Of a DNA stretch of 64,000 nucleotides, positions 1 to 9,659 are shown piece after piece. A model generated the notes under the pieces. It saw nothing but the letters and a program-made list of their open reading frames with translations. It was not told where the DNA came from and searched no databases. Both the position numbers and the translations under genes were made by a program. Position 1 is the stretch's first letter; every line of letters starts with the position of its first letter. The stretch covers positions 160,828,001 to 160,892,000 of the forward strand of contig NC_083243.1 in assembly GCF_032191835.1 (NCBI RefSeq), read 5' to 3'. This DNA comes from Heteronotia binoei. Taxonomy: Eukaryota.

Positions 1-550
1 TGGATGGCACACATACAGCTTGTGTTGCGCAAAGCTTCATTGGCTTCCGGTGGATAACTGGATCTGGTTCAAGGTTCTGGTTTTGAGCTTTAGCTGTTAG
101 GGACCCACATATCTTTGGGACCGCCTCTCTCAGTATGCCCCGGGAAGAGCATAATGATCTAGAAATAAGAACCTCCTGGTGGTTCCCGGCCCAAGAAAGA
201 TCTAGCTGTCCTTAAGTAGGGCCAGGGCTGGTGGAGCCCTTTGCCTGAGGACATCTGCACCCCATGGGATCTGGTACCATTCCGTAAGGCATGCAAGGCA
301 GAGATGTTCTGCCAGGCATTTGGTTGAGGACAGTGATGGTCTGGCACTCTCACATCCTGCTGTCTCCCCCCTTTTCCACCTCTCTATATCATATCTACCC
401 AGGGGGCAAGCAGCCATTGAAATTTTTTTTACATCCATCTCCGTTTTATAGTGGATGCTAAGTATTTTAATGTTTTAATCATTTTTCTGAAGTAAGCCAC
501 GCTGAGCCCTGCTTGCAGGAAGGATGACCAGCAAGTCCAATATAATAAAT
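1..550 (+). mobile_element. L2-clade LINE 3' fragment
   Basis: Bases ~36-92 translate to LHWLPVDNWIWFKVLVLSF, matching the L2 ORF2 C-terminal LHWLPV..RI.FK motif. Decays into an AT-rich tail ending near tataataaat at ~550. Confidence 0.7.
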
Positions 551-907
551 ACATACATACTGACAAAATAGAAATATGCAAATGAGGTTAAACAGCTTTG
601 CACAGAAGTATGAAAGGAGAATGGCTTAGACAGTACATAAGTGGACTAACCTGACCTTTTTTTTTTTTAGAAAATAAGAGTTCATGGTCTACTGATATCT
701 CTTTAACTGTTAATTTATAACACATCTTTGCAAAAGAAGGCAGTGTACGCTCTCTTGTCTTGTTCATTCAGACCAAGGTCCACCAAATAGTTAAGCATTC
801 TGTGTGAGACTCCCAGCAATCAACAGGTTCTTCGTGGTCTAGAAACAATTCTTCTTGTACTGATTTTGCCAGCTTGCAGTGCTCACATATTCTCTGGTCT
901 CTTTCAG

Positions 908-1001
908 CCCTCTGTGTATGAACTGATCAGCCTGCCTAATTTTGCCAGCTTGCCCATCATCATTGAAGACTTTGCAAAAGACTCTGGAGCTAACTTTAGT
1001 G
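908..1001 (+). CDS. GATD1: GATD1 (PDDC1) coding exon, 94 nt
   Basis: ctttcag acceptor and gtatgt donor. Translates [31 protein letters not shown], similar to recalled human GATD1 [31 protein letters not shown]. Confidence 0.9.
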
Positions 1002-2008
1002 GTATGTCATTGCAACACTATGTGGAACCGCAGGATTGATCAATAGTGATTCAAGTACTATTGCTGACAGTTAATTATACAAGTCCAGATTTGTGGGAAG
1101 GATCTTTCACTTCCCTTTCCTTTCTCACTGCAGTTGGGGTCCTGGTCCTTCCACCACAGGCAAATTCATGGATGGGGGGGGGGGGGAGAATTTCATTGGT
1201 CTGCTCCCTCCCCCACTCTGCCGTCTTCTCTGGCACTCTGCGGAAAGTGGTGTGTGGGGGCAGTGGCTGTTGTTCCTTCTCCTTTCCCTGGCTGCTGCCT
1301 CCGAGTTGCATGGGGAGGGGAGCAGAAGCAGCTCCTGTTCCTGCCCACCCACCTGCCTACAAGGAGAGACAGTGTCTGAGCTAGCACTTCAACTTCAGCT
1401 GCACAGGTGCTTGGCATGCTCTTCCTCTCCTCTGTTTTGGGGGAAGTTATCCCTCCCTCTTTTGTTAAGTTTTCAAGAGCTCTTTTGTAAACCCCCTTTT
1501 GTAAAAAAAAAATCTCCCTTAGCATGGCACCAATCTACAGATGGGTCTGTTTGTAGAGTATTAGATATATTGGTTGTGTTAAAAACAAAATATAATTCCT
1601 TGCAGAAGGCCTCACGGAATTTAAAACACTGCACTAGAACACTTTTCTGTAGAATGTGATTTTTAGGAATGGAGCATAGGGATGCCAGAATTGTTTTGTA
1701 GCTCCTTTGAAAGCACCATCTGTGACTTAGACCCATCTGATCCACCATACCCCAGGAAGACTTGCAGCAGCGGAGAAACCATGTCAATCCAGCATTCCCA
1801 AGTGAGTTATCCCAAGATGTGGAATGAGCCCTGATTGACCTATATCTGTATGAGCCAGAGGCAGTATCACTTGAATTGCACTGACTGCGCAAGATTACCA
1901 CCTAGTGGCTCACCACCTTGCCATCATTGCCTAAGCCACTCAGATCCCAGTTAGGTGAATGAGGGTTACCTGCTGGAGCGCCCTCTGGTGGTCCTTTTTG
2001 TTGCAACT

Positions 2009-2075
2009 GTTGTTCAGTCGCACAGACGAGTCCGACTCTTTGCGACCTCATGGACAAAGTCACGCCAGGCCCTGT
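2009..2075 (-). mobile_element. RTE/BovB-type 3' tail fragment
   Basis: gttcagtcgcacagacgagtccgactctttgcgacctcatggac resembles the reverse complement of the BovB/Sauria-SINE 3' terminus. Confidence 0.6.
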
Positions 2076-2485
2076 TGCTAGTTGTTGCAACTAGCAGATA
2101 CTAAAGCTGATTAAGATTCACTTTCTCATCCAGATTCATTCCTGCATATTAAAAGATCCAGATTTTGTACTGCATTGCTTTTCCTGTAGATATTGAATGC
2201 TATCTTTAGTGCTTCGCAAAGGGATTGTATGGCCTGATGGGGATAATTGCTTACTTAATATGGTGTTCAGTATAATATTGGTGAGTTGTATTTGTGAAAG
2301 AGTAAAAACAGATATCTTGGAAATAGGCAAGACAAGTCCAACACATTAGGAAAATGCACTAAATCACTGACAGAATAACAAAATATGAATAGTTTCTCTT
2401 CTCAGATGTTTGTGGGGGGCAGGAAAGAAAGAAAGAAAGCTGTGGCAGATGCAGAAAGACATATGAATATATTCTTCCCATGCAG

Positions 2486-2597
2486 CCAGCAAAGCAGATG
2501 CAGTACATGTGATCCTAGACCAGCACCTTGTGACAGGACAGAATGACAACTCCACAACTGCAGCTGTCCAGAATCTTATTTTCCTCTGCAGTAGCAG
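2486..2597 (+). CDS. GATD1: GATD1 penultimate coding exon, 112 nt
   Basis: ccatgcag acceptor and gtaagt donor, phase-compatible with the previous exon. Translates (A)[36 protein letters not shown](R), with the DJ-1/PfpI-fold LVTGQN motif. Confidence 0.92.
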
Positions 2598-3006
2598 GTA
2601 AGTGAAGGTAGGGAAATTGTCAATAAAAATCTTGTCATCTGAGTTGCCTGAAACATTTCATCAAAACAATTAAAAATATGCCTCTTCTTCTTCCGCCCTA
2701 CTCCTCTTCTCCTCCAAGCTGCTTACAAAATTTAAACTTACTTAGATAACATATCTAAAACACTAAAAACAGTCTCCCTAATTGCCCACCAAACCTCGAA
2801 TGGTCCCTAACTGAAGACTGTTTTTAAGGCTTGAGCAATTCAGTTTCTGGAAGCCTTGAAGTATAAGAGACTTCCTCTATTTTGGGGGTTGTGTAGGCTG
2901 TTTTTCAGGATAGTTACATTAAATCTGTAAGAGTGCAGATTTACTTGTACCTGAGAGAAGAACTCTTGGGAATATAGATCTAATCTACATTTCATTTATT
3001 CAATAG

Positions 3007-3013
3007 AAAATGA
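3007..3013 (+). CDS. GATD1: GATD1 terminal coding micro-segment (R-K-stop)
   Basis: ttcatttattcaatag acceptor then AAAATGA completes AG|A AAA TGA = R K stop, like the human ...SRK* end. Confidence 0.8.
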
Positions 3014-3192
3014 TGCGGCACTGCCTCCTTATAACTGTGATGGATATGGAAGACTTTTTGGCCTGGGAGATGGATCATTTGCTAATGGAGATGAGTTGGT
3101 TGGCCATCATACATAAGTCACAGACAGCAGCAATTTTTCTGTAGGTGGACTGTGTAAAGCTTAAGAAGGTATATTAAACATTCAGGCACTGA

Positions 3193-3198
3193 AATAAA
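3193..3198 (+). terminator. Candidate GATD1 poly(A) signal AATAAA
   Basis: First AATAAA seen after the stop, followed by a GT-rich tract (tgtatgttgttt). Confidence 0.45.
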
Positions 3199-3502
3199 TG
3201 TATGTTGTTTACCGTCCTTAAGGTAATTGTCTGTATATTAAACAGAATTGTATCTATTAAACTACCAGTTGTCCTTTGCCTATTCATGGAATTCATGCTA
3301 TGGGCATGGAAGCATTAAGAATTTGCACTGGTGAAAATCCAGCTCTGCAACAACTCCAAAGTGGTTTTCAGATGAGTTCCTTGTTTTATTTTCTCCTAGA
3401 ATTTTGACTTTAAGCTCCAGAAAAAATACATTGTGATATTTACTCTAGGCATCAGAGTGGCCCACATGCTTCTGATCAGTTTCAAAGGCAGAGCCTGGCT
3501 CT

Positions 3503-4287
3503 AAGGGGTGTCAAACATATGGCCCAGGGGACAGAACCAGCCCATCCAGGACTTTTATCCAGCCTGCAAGCAACTGGCGGGAAGGAGAGAAGGTAGGAGG
3601 CTGTGGAGGGTTGTGTGTGAAGGGATGCACATGGTGAGATGTATATGGTCAAAGCTGTCACGAAATAGGAAGCTATTAAGAAATGCTAAGGGGCAGGACT
3701 ATGAGGCTGAGGTAAAGTAGTGTGGAGGCAATAGCGGTGAAGGTGGAGAAAGAAAAGGCATGATGTTTTTTCTCTCCAGCTCCTCTGACCACAGCTAAGT
3801 GAGGATTAGCAAAGCCACAGCATGGGGGGATGGAACTTAGCATCTGGTGCTCCCACTGTCACACCAAATGGCAACTGTGAGGGGGGGTTGGCTAGAGGAG
3901 GTGTGTGGAGCGGCAGTTTGGCAACTATTGCATAGGAAGAGAGAGGAAGAGGAAGGCTGGCACATGGACTGTGAGGCAACTGGGCTGTGGTGTGCATGTC
4001 ATAGGGTTGTCAGGCGTCCCCCCCATCTACCATCAGGGGGTAGGGGTTAGGGTTGCCAGCTTCAGGTTGCGGAACTCCTGGATATTTGGGGTGGAGCTGG
4101 GGAGGGCAGGGACCTCAGTGGCACAGAATGCCATGTAATCTATGCTCCAAAGCATCCATTTTCCCCAGGGAAACTGATCTCTGTAGTCTGGAAATGGCCT
4201 GTAATTCTGGGGAACCCATGGCCTAGCCTGACAAACTAACATTTATGTCAGATCTGACCCTCATAACAAATGAGTTTGACACATTTG
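3503..4287. mobile_element. Non-autonomous hAT-like MITE with a nested repeat at ~4046-4240
   Basis: Ends aaggggtgtcaaac ... gtttgacacatttg are degenerate versions of the caggggtgtcaaac TIR seen intact at 13119-13669. Confidence 0.55.
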
Positions 4288-5148
4288 CAAGTATCTGGTG
4301 AACAGGATCAGAACAAGTAAACAGTTAAAATCAAGAACAGCACTCCAGACAAAGCAACTGTATTTTGATCTATTTGTATGTGCATTAATTACACAATCTC
4401 ATTTAATCAGATCCTGATTGGGGATGGGCATGAACTGGGAAAATGGTGGTTCCTGTAGATTCGTTTGATTCCTCAAACCATTTTGTGATTCGCCATGAGC
4501 TCCAAAGGCATTTAAATGTCTTCAGAGCTCAGTTCCCATTGAGCATGGTCAGTTTCAGTGGATTAAAACTGACCATCTCTCCCTTCTCTTCCTTTCCCCA
4601 GCTGGCCCTCCACAGCTGCTGGCTGGGAGAAGCAAAGGGGAGGGAGAGAGGGTCAGAAGCCAAGGTGAGTGAAACTGACCCACTCCACCTCTCATTCTCT
4701 TCCCCAGTCCACCTGCCATGGCAGGTGGGCTGGGGTGGGGACATTAGCAGCTGCATGGCTGGGGGAGGGGAAGGTATTTATATGCCACCTCCTCTCTTCT
4801 CCAGGCTATGAGCTCTCGCTCCATAGGAGAGATTGTGCCAATGGAGAGATCACGCCATTGCTGCTGTGTGACTTTCGTGAATAAACAATTTTATTAGTAA
4901 CATATGGTAGTAGAACTATAACTACAACTTATAAAAAGCTTAATATATATTAAGAAAAAGACCATCATTCTACCCCACATCTTACTTTCTCCCACCCCTC
5001 CCCCAATTACTTGACCCCCGCCAGTGTTATTTTCTTTAAAAAAACAGATATTAAAGGTACCCTTAACTATCAAGAAAAAAAACGAAACAAAAAAGAAACA
5101 TAGGGAAGAAGAACCCCCTTCAAGAGTTATATTGTTATCTTAAAAATC

Positions 5149-8100
5149 TTAATCCTCAAAAATTGTCCAATGTCCTTTTATTTTCCACTCTTTCTCTACA
5201 TATCTTCTGAATTTCTTCCACTCTTGGTTAAAAAGTTCTAAATCACAGTCTCTTAATTTTCTTGTTAATTTGTCCATTTCACTCCATGACATAACTTTCA
5301 TAATCCAGTCCCATTTTTCTGGTATTTTTTCTTGCTTCCACAACTGCGCATACAATGTCCTAGCAGCTGAGAGCAAGTACCATATTAATGTTCTATCTTC
5401 TTTTGGAAATTTTTCCATTTGTAATCCCAGCAGAAAAGTCTCTGCCTCTTTATTGAATTCATATCCCAGGATCTTAGATATCTCTTGTTGAATCATTTGC
5501 CAAAACATTTTAGCTCTTTCACAAGTCCACCACATATGGTAGAAAGAACCTTCATGCTTTTTACATTTCCAGCACCTATCTGGCATCTTATTGTTCATCT
5601 TTGCTAATTTTTTTGGAGTCATATACCATCTATACATCATCTTAAAACAGTTCTCTTTAATACTATGACATGTTGCGAGTTTCATGGAATTTTTCCACAG
5701 ATATTCCCAAGATTCCATCTTTATTTCTTTATTTACATTAATTGCCCATTTTATCATTTGAGATTTCACTACTTCATCTTCTGTAGCCCATTGTAAAAGT
5801 AATTTGTACACTTTTGAAATTAATTTCTCATTATCTCCAAGCAGAACTCTTTCCATTTCTGTTTGTTCTTTCCTTATTCCTTCAGCTTTGATATCATTCT
5901 CCATCAAACTTTTTATTTGTTGCATTTGAAACCAATCATATTTATAGTTTAGTTCTTCTGCAGTTTTCAATTCTATTTTCCCGCTTTGTATTTTTAGTAA
6001 CTGGTTGTATGATAGTTGTTTTTCCTTGACTGTTTTGGCCGTTAACTTTATCACTTCAGCCGGCACTATCCATAAAGGTCTCCTCTCATCACCATATTTC
6101 TTGTACTTTATCCACACATTTAATAAGCTACTCCTTATATAATGGTGAGAGAAAAGACCGTCCATCTTCTTTTTTCCATAGTACAAATATGCATGCCAGC
6201 CGAATTTTTTTCCATGGCCTTCTAACATTAGAAGTTTTTTATTTAATAACGTTATCCATTCTTTTAACCATACTAAACAACTTGCTTCATGATACAGTTT
6301 CAAATCTGGTAATTGGAATCCACCTCTCTCTTTCGCATCTATCAGGACTTTCATTTTAATTCTAGGTTTCCTCCTGGCCCACACGAATTCCGAAATTTTT
6401 CTTCGCCATTTATCAAATTGCTTAGCATCTTTCACAATGGGGATGGTTTGAAACAGATACATAATCCTTGGTAAAATATTCATTTTTACTGCAGCTATTC
6501 TACCCAACAGTGACAAATTGAGCTTGTTCCACTTTAGCATATCTTCTTCTATTTTACGCCATAGCTTTTCATAATTGTTCTTAAACAAATCAATATTTTT
6601 CATTGTTATCTCTACCCCTAGGTATTTTACCTTAGAGGTAACTTCACAACCCGTTACTCTTTGTAGTTCTTGTTGTCTATTTTTCTGCATATTCTTACAT
6701 AAGATTTTTGATTTTTCTTTGTTTATATAAAGTCCCGCCAACTCCCCAAACTCTTGTATTCTCATTAACAACAAAGGTGTAACTTGTAAAGGATTTTCAT
6801 TTATAAACATTATATCATCTGCAAATGCTCTGTATTTATAGGTAAATCCTTTTATTTGTAGTCCTTCTAAATCTTTTTCTTCTTGAATCTGCATTAGTAA
6901 AATTTCAAGAGTCATTATAAACAGCAATGGCGAAAGCGGGCAGCCTTGTCTGGTACCTTTACTAATTTTCATTTCATCTGTAAGATCTGCGTTGATGCAC
7001 AGCCTTGCACTTTGTTCAGAATATATTGCCTTTATCATTCTTATAAAACTTTCTCCAAGCTCCATTTTTTCCATCACTGCAAACATAAAGTCCCAATTTA
7101 AATTGTCAAATGCTTTTTCTGCATCCGCAAAGAATAGCGCTACTTCCTTTTCTGGATGTCTTTCATAATATTCTACAATATTTACAACAGTTCTAATATT
7201 GTCTCTTATTTGTCTTTTGGGAAGAAAACCGGCTTGGTCCTCTTTTATAAAATTTATCAAATATTGCTTAAGACGTTCTGCCAGAATTCTTGTAAATATT
7301 TTATAATCATTGTTCAAAAGTGAAATTGGTCTGTAATTTTTCACATTTGTAACATCTCTTTCTTCTTTAGGTATCAAAGAAATAACAGCTTCTTTCCATG
7401 TATTTGGTACCTTCCCTTTGACTCTTATTGCATTCATCAGCTTCTGTAATTTTGGTATTAATTCATCTTTAAACATTTTAAAATACTTGGCTGTATAACC
7501 GTCTGGCCCGGGAGCTTTATCATTTTTCATCACGTTGATTGCTGCCTCAATTTCTATTTTTTCAATTGGGTCATTCAAAATTTTTCTCATATTCTCAGTT
7601 AATGGCTCAATTTTTATTTTCTGTAGATATTCATCTATCTTTTTTCTCTTTACTTCAGCACCTTTAAACAGCTTGGCATAATACTTAAAAAATTCTCTTT
7701 TTATTCCCTCTTGAGTAACTACGTCTCTTTCATCTATCACAATTCTATTAATTATTTTATTTTCCCTCTTTTTTTTCAGCTGCCACGCCAAGTATTTCCC
7801 CGTCTTATTTGCTCCTTCAAACGATTTTTGCTGGAGCCTTTTCAAATTCCATTCTACTTCTTTGTTTAATAAATGTCTTAGTTGAGTTTGCAATATTGAA
7901 ATTTCCCTTAGAATTTTCTTTTTCCCTGGTCTTTTCCTCAGCTCTTCTTCTTTTTTCTTTATTTCATTTTGAATATCCAGTAGTTGTTTTTCTTTTTCCC
8001 TTTTATCTTTATTGTTCAAAGTAATCAGCAACCCTCTCATTACTGCTTTATAAGCATCCCAGACCGTCTGAAAATCGATATCTTCTTTATCATTCACTTG

Positions 8101-8907
8101 GAAAAATTCTTTAGTTTCTTTTCCTAGGAAAGTCACTGTTTCTTTGTTCTGTAGCAAGTCTTCATTCAATCTCCATCTTCTCAATCTTTTGGACAGTTTT
8201 GTAATCCACATTATTGGGTTATGGTCAGTGCCAATTTTAGGCAAAATCTCTATCTTTCTTGTTATGAGGCCTAAATCTCTGGTTCCCCATAGCATGTCAA
8301 TTCTAGAAAATGTCTTATGTCTTGCAGAAAAAAAGGTATAGTCCCGCACTTCAGGGTTAAACTTTCTCCATATGTCCTCCAAATTTTCCTGTTTTACTAA
8401 TTCAAAAAAAGACTTTGGCAATTTTCCTTCTTTTCCACTATTTTTTTTCCCTCCGGATCTATCCAATGAGTTCTCAACTGTTCCATTAAAATCTCCCATT
8501 AAGAGTATTTGATCGTAGGTCAACTCATCTAGTTGTTGTGTAATGTCTTTAAAAAAAACATCTTTTGCACCATTAGGTGCATATAGTCCCAATAACAGCG
8601 TTTTTTTCCCATTTGATGTTATTTCCACTGCTACAAATCTTCCATCCTTATCTTTAAATACCAATTTTGGCTCCAGGTCTTGTTTAATATAAAAAACTAC
8701 TCCCCTTTTTTTCTGGTCAGCTAACGAAAAAAATTCCCTTCCCAATTGTTTGTTCCATAAAAATTTATAATCCTTTTGTTTAATGTGGACTTCTTGCAAA
8801 CAAATTATATTACAATTTTGCTTTTTAATCCAATGAAAAGTTGCCCTTCTTTTTTGTGGTGAATTTAGTCCATTAACATTCCAAGACAATAGTTTGTAAT
8901 CCATCAT
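5149..8907 (-). CDS. L1 ORF2p (APE endonuclease, reverse transcriptase, CCHC), 1252 aa
   Basis: EN motifs SWNVNGL, LQEVH, GDFN, SRID, TDHNP. RT motifs APGPDG, NYRPISLL, DAEKAFD, GTRQGCPLSP, FADD, KYLG. Zinc knuckle CWKCKKHEGSFYHMWWTC. Confidence 0.97.
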   Translation of the reverse strand: MMDYKLLSWNVNGLNSPQKRRATFHWIKKQNCNIICLQEVHIKQKDYKFLWNKQLGREFFSLADQKKRGVVFYIKQDLEPKLVFKDKDGRFVAVEITSNGKKTLLLGLYAPNGAKDVFFKDITQQLDELTYDQILLMGDFNGTVENSLDRSGGKKNSGKEGKLPKSFFELVKQENLEDIWRKFNPEVRDYTFFSARHKTFSRIDMLWGTRDLGLITRKIEILPKIGTDHNPIMWITKLSKRLRRWRLNEDLLQNKETVTFLGKETKEFFQVNDKEDIDFQTVWDAYKAVMRGLLITLNNKDKREKEKQLLDIQNEIKKKEEELRKRPGKKKILREISILQTQLRHLLNKEVEWNLKRLQQKSFEGANKTGKYLAWQLKKKRENKIINRIVIDERDVVTQEGIKREFFKYYAKLFKGAEVKRKKIDEYLQKIKIEPLTENMRKILNDPIEKIEIEAAINVMKNDKAPGPDGYTAKYFKMFKDELIPKLQKLMNAIRVKGKVPNTWKEAVISLIPKEERDVTNVKNYRPISLLNNDYKIFTRILAERLKQYLINFIKEDQAGFLPKRQIRDNIRTVVNIVEYYERHPEKEVALFFADAEKAFDNLNWDFMFAVMEKMELGESFIRMIKAIYSEQSARLCINADLTDEMKISKGTRQGCPLSPLLFIMTLEILLMQIQEEKDLEGLQIKGFTYKYRAFADDIMFINENPLQVTPLLLMRIQEFGELAGLYINKEKSKILCKNMQKNRQQELQRVTGCEVTSKVKYLGVEITMKNIDLFKNNYEKLWRKIEEDMLKWNKLNLSLLGRIAAVKMNILPRIMYLFQTIPIVKDAKQFDKWRRKISEFVWARRKPRIKMKVLIDAKERGGFQLPDLKLYHEASCLVWLKEWITLLNKKLLMLEGHGKKFGWHAYLYYGKKKMDGLFSHHYIRSSLLNVWIKYKKYGDERRPLWIVPAEVIKLTAKTVKEKQLSYNQLLKIQSGKIELKTAEELNYKYDWFQMQQIKSLMENDIKAEGIRKEQTEMERVLLGDNEKLISKVYKLLLQWATEDEVVKSQMIKWAINVNKEIKMESWEYLWKNSMKLATCHSIKENCFKMMYRWYMTPKKLAKMNNKMPDRCWKCKKHEGSFYHMWWTCERAKMFWQMIQQEISKILGYEFNKEAETFLLGLQMEKFPKEDRTLIWYLLSAARTLYAQLWKQEKIPEKWDWIMKVMSWSEMDKLTRKLRDCDLELFNQEWKKFRRYVEKEWKIKGHWTIFED

Positions 8908-9659
8908 GGTGCAAATTCTTTATTTTCTTCAAAAAATCTCCTCAGTTCTCGGGCATTTGTGATCGTGACTCTCTTCCCCTGAAGTTCAAAGCTCACACCC
9001 TCGGGGATTATCCATCTATACCTTGTGCCATTGTCTTTCAATTTTTCTGTCAACTTTTTATATGTTCTCCTGTCATTTATCACTTCTTTCGGTAGCTCCT
9101 TCATAATTCTCACTCTGCTACCTCTTACTATCAATGATTGTTCAAAGTTTCTCTTCATAATCCTTCCCACCATTTCCTTTGTCATGAATCTTACAACCAC
9201 ATCTCTTGGTAAGTTATTTTTTTTGGCATATAACGAGTTGACTCTATACATGTGATCATACATGCTTTTAGTCTTATCAGGGTCTTCTTCTAAGAATTCT
9301 GCGATTATGTTTGTTATATATCCTTTCAAATCATCATTCTCTTCCTCAGGTACTCCTCTCAAACGTAGCTGATTTTCCATTAATTTGCAGTCGTGAATCG
9401 TCACTTTTTCTTGTACTTTCAGCAAGGTGGTATCATGTATTTTAACTTTCTCCTCCACCTCCTGTACTTTCTTGTCTATTTTCCCAATTTGGTTTTTGAG
9501 GTCATCCACTTCTTTTTTAATCACTGTAGTAAGTTCTTCCTTCAACTCTTCCATCATTTTCTTAACTCCTTTCATAATCCTGGCTTCCATAGCCTCCATT
9601 TGGTCTTGCATTTTTTCTAATGAAAGGGCTCTTGTTCGGGGCTGCCTGGGCTCTGACAT
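8904..9659 (-). CDS. L1 ORF1p (coiled coil + RRM + CTD), 251 aa
   Basis: Heptad-rich N-terminus, then NQLRLRGVPEE (RRM start), PRDVVVRF and a C-terminal RRTYKKL...RYRWIIP segment typical of L1 ORF1p. Confidence 0.9.
   Translation of the reverse strand: MSEPRQPRTRALSLEKMQDQMEAMEARIMKGVKKMMEELKEELTTVIKKEVDDLKNQIGKIDKKVQEVEEKVKIHDTTLLKVQEKVTIHDCKLMENQLRLRGVPEEENDDLKGYITNIIAEFLEEDPDKTKSMYDHMYRVNSLYAKKNNLPRDVVVRFMTKEMVGRIMKRNFEQSLIVRGSRVRIMKELPKEVINDRRTYKKLTEKLKDNGTRYRWIIPEGVSFELQGKRVTITNARELRRFFEENKEFAP

Noticed and set aside
1046-1901. Several 100-190 aa ORFs in the GATD1 intron
   Set aside because: No splice-compatible link to GATD1 and no recognisable domain. Likely repeat-derived chance ORFs.
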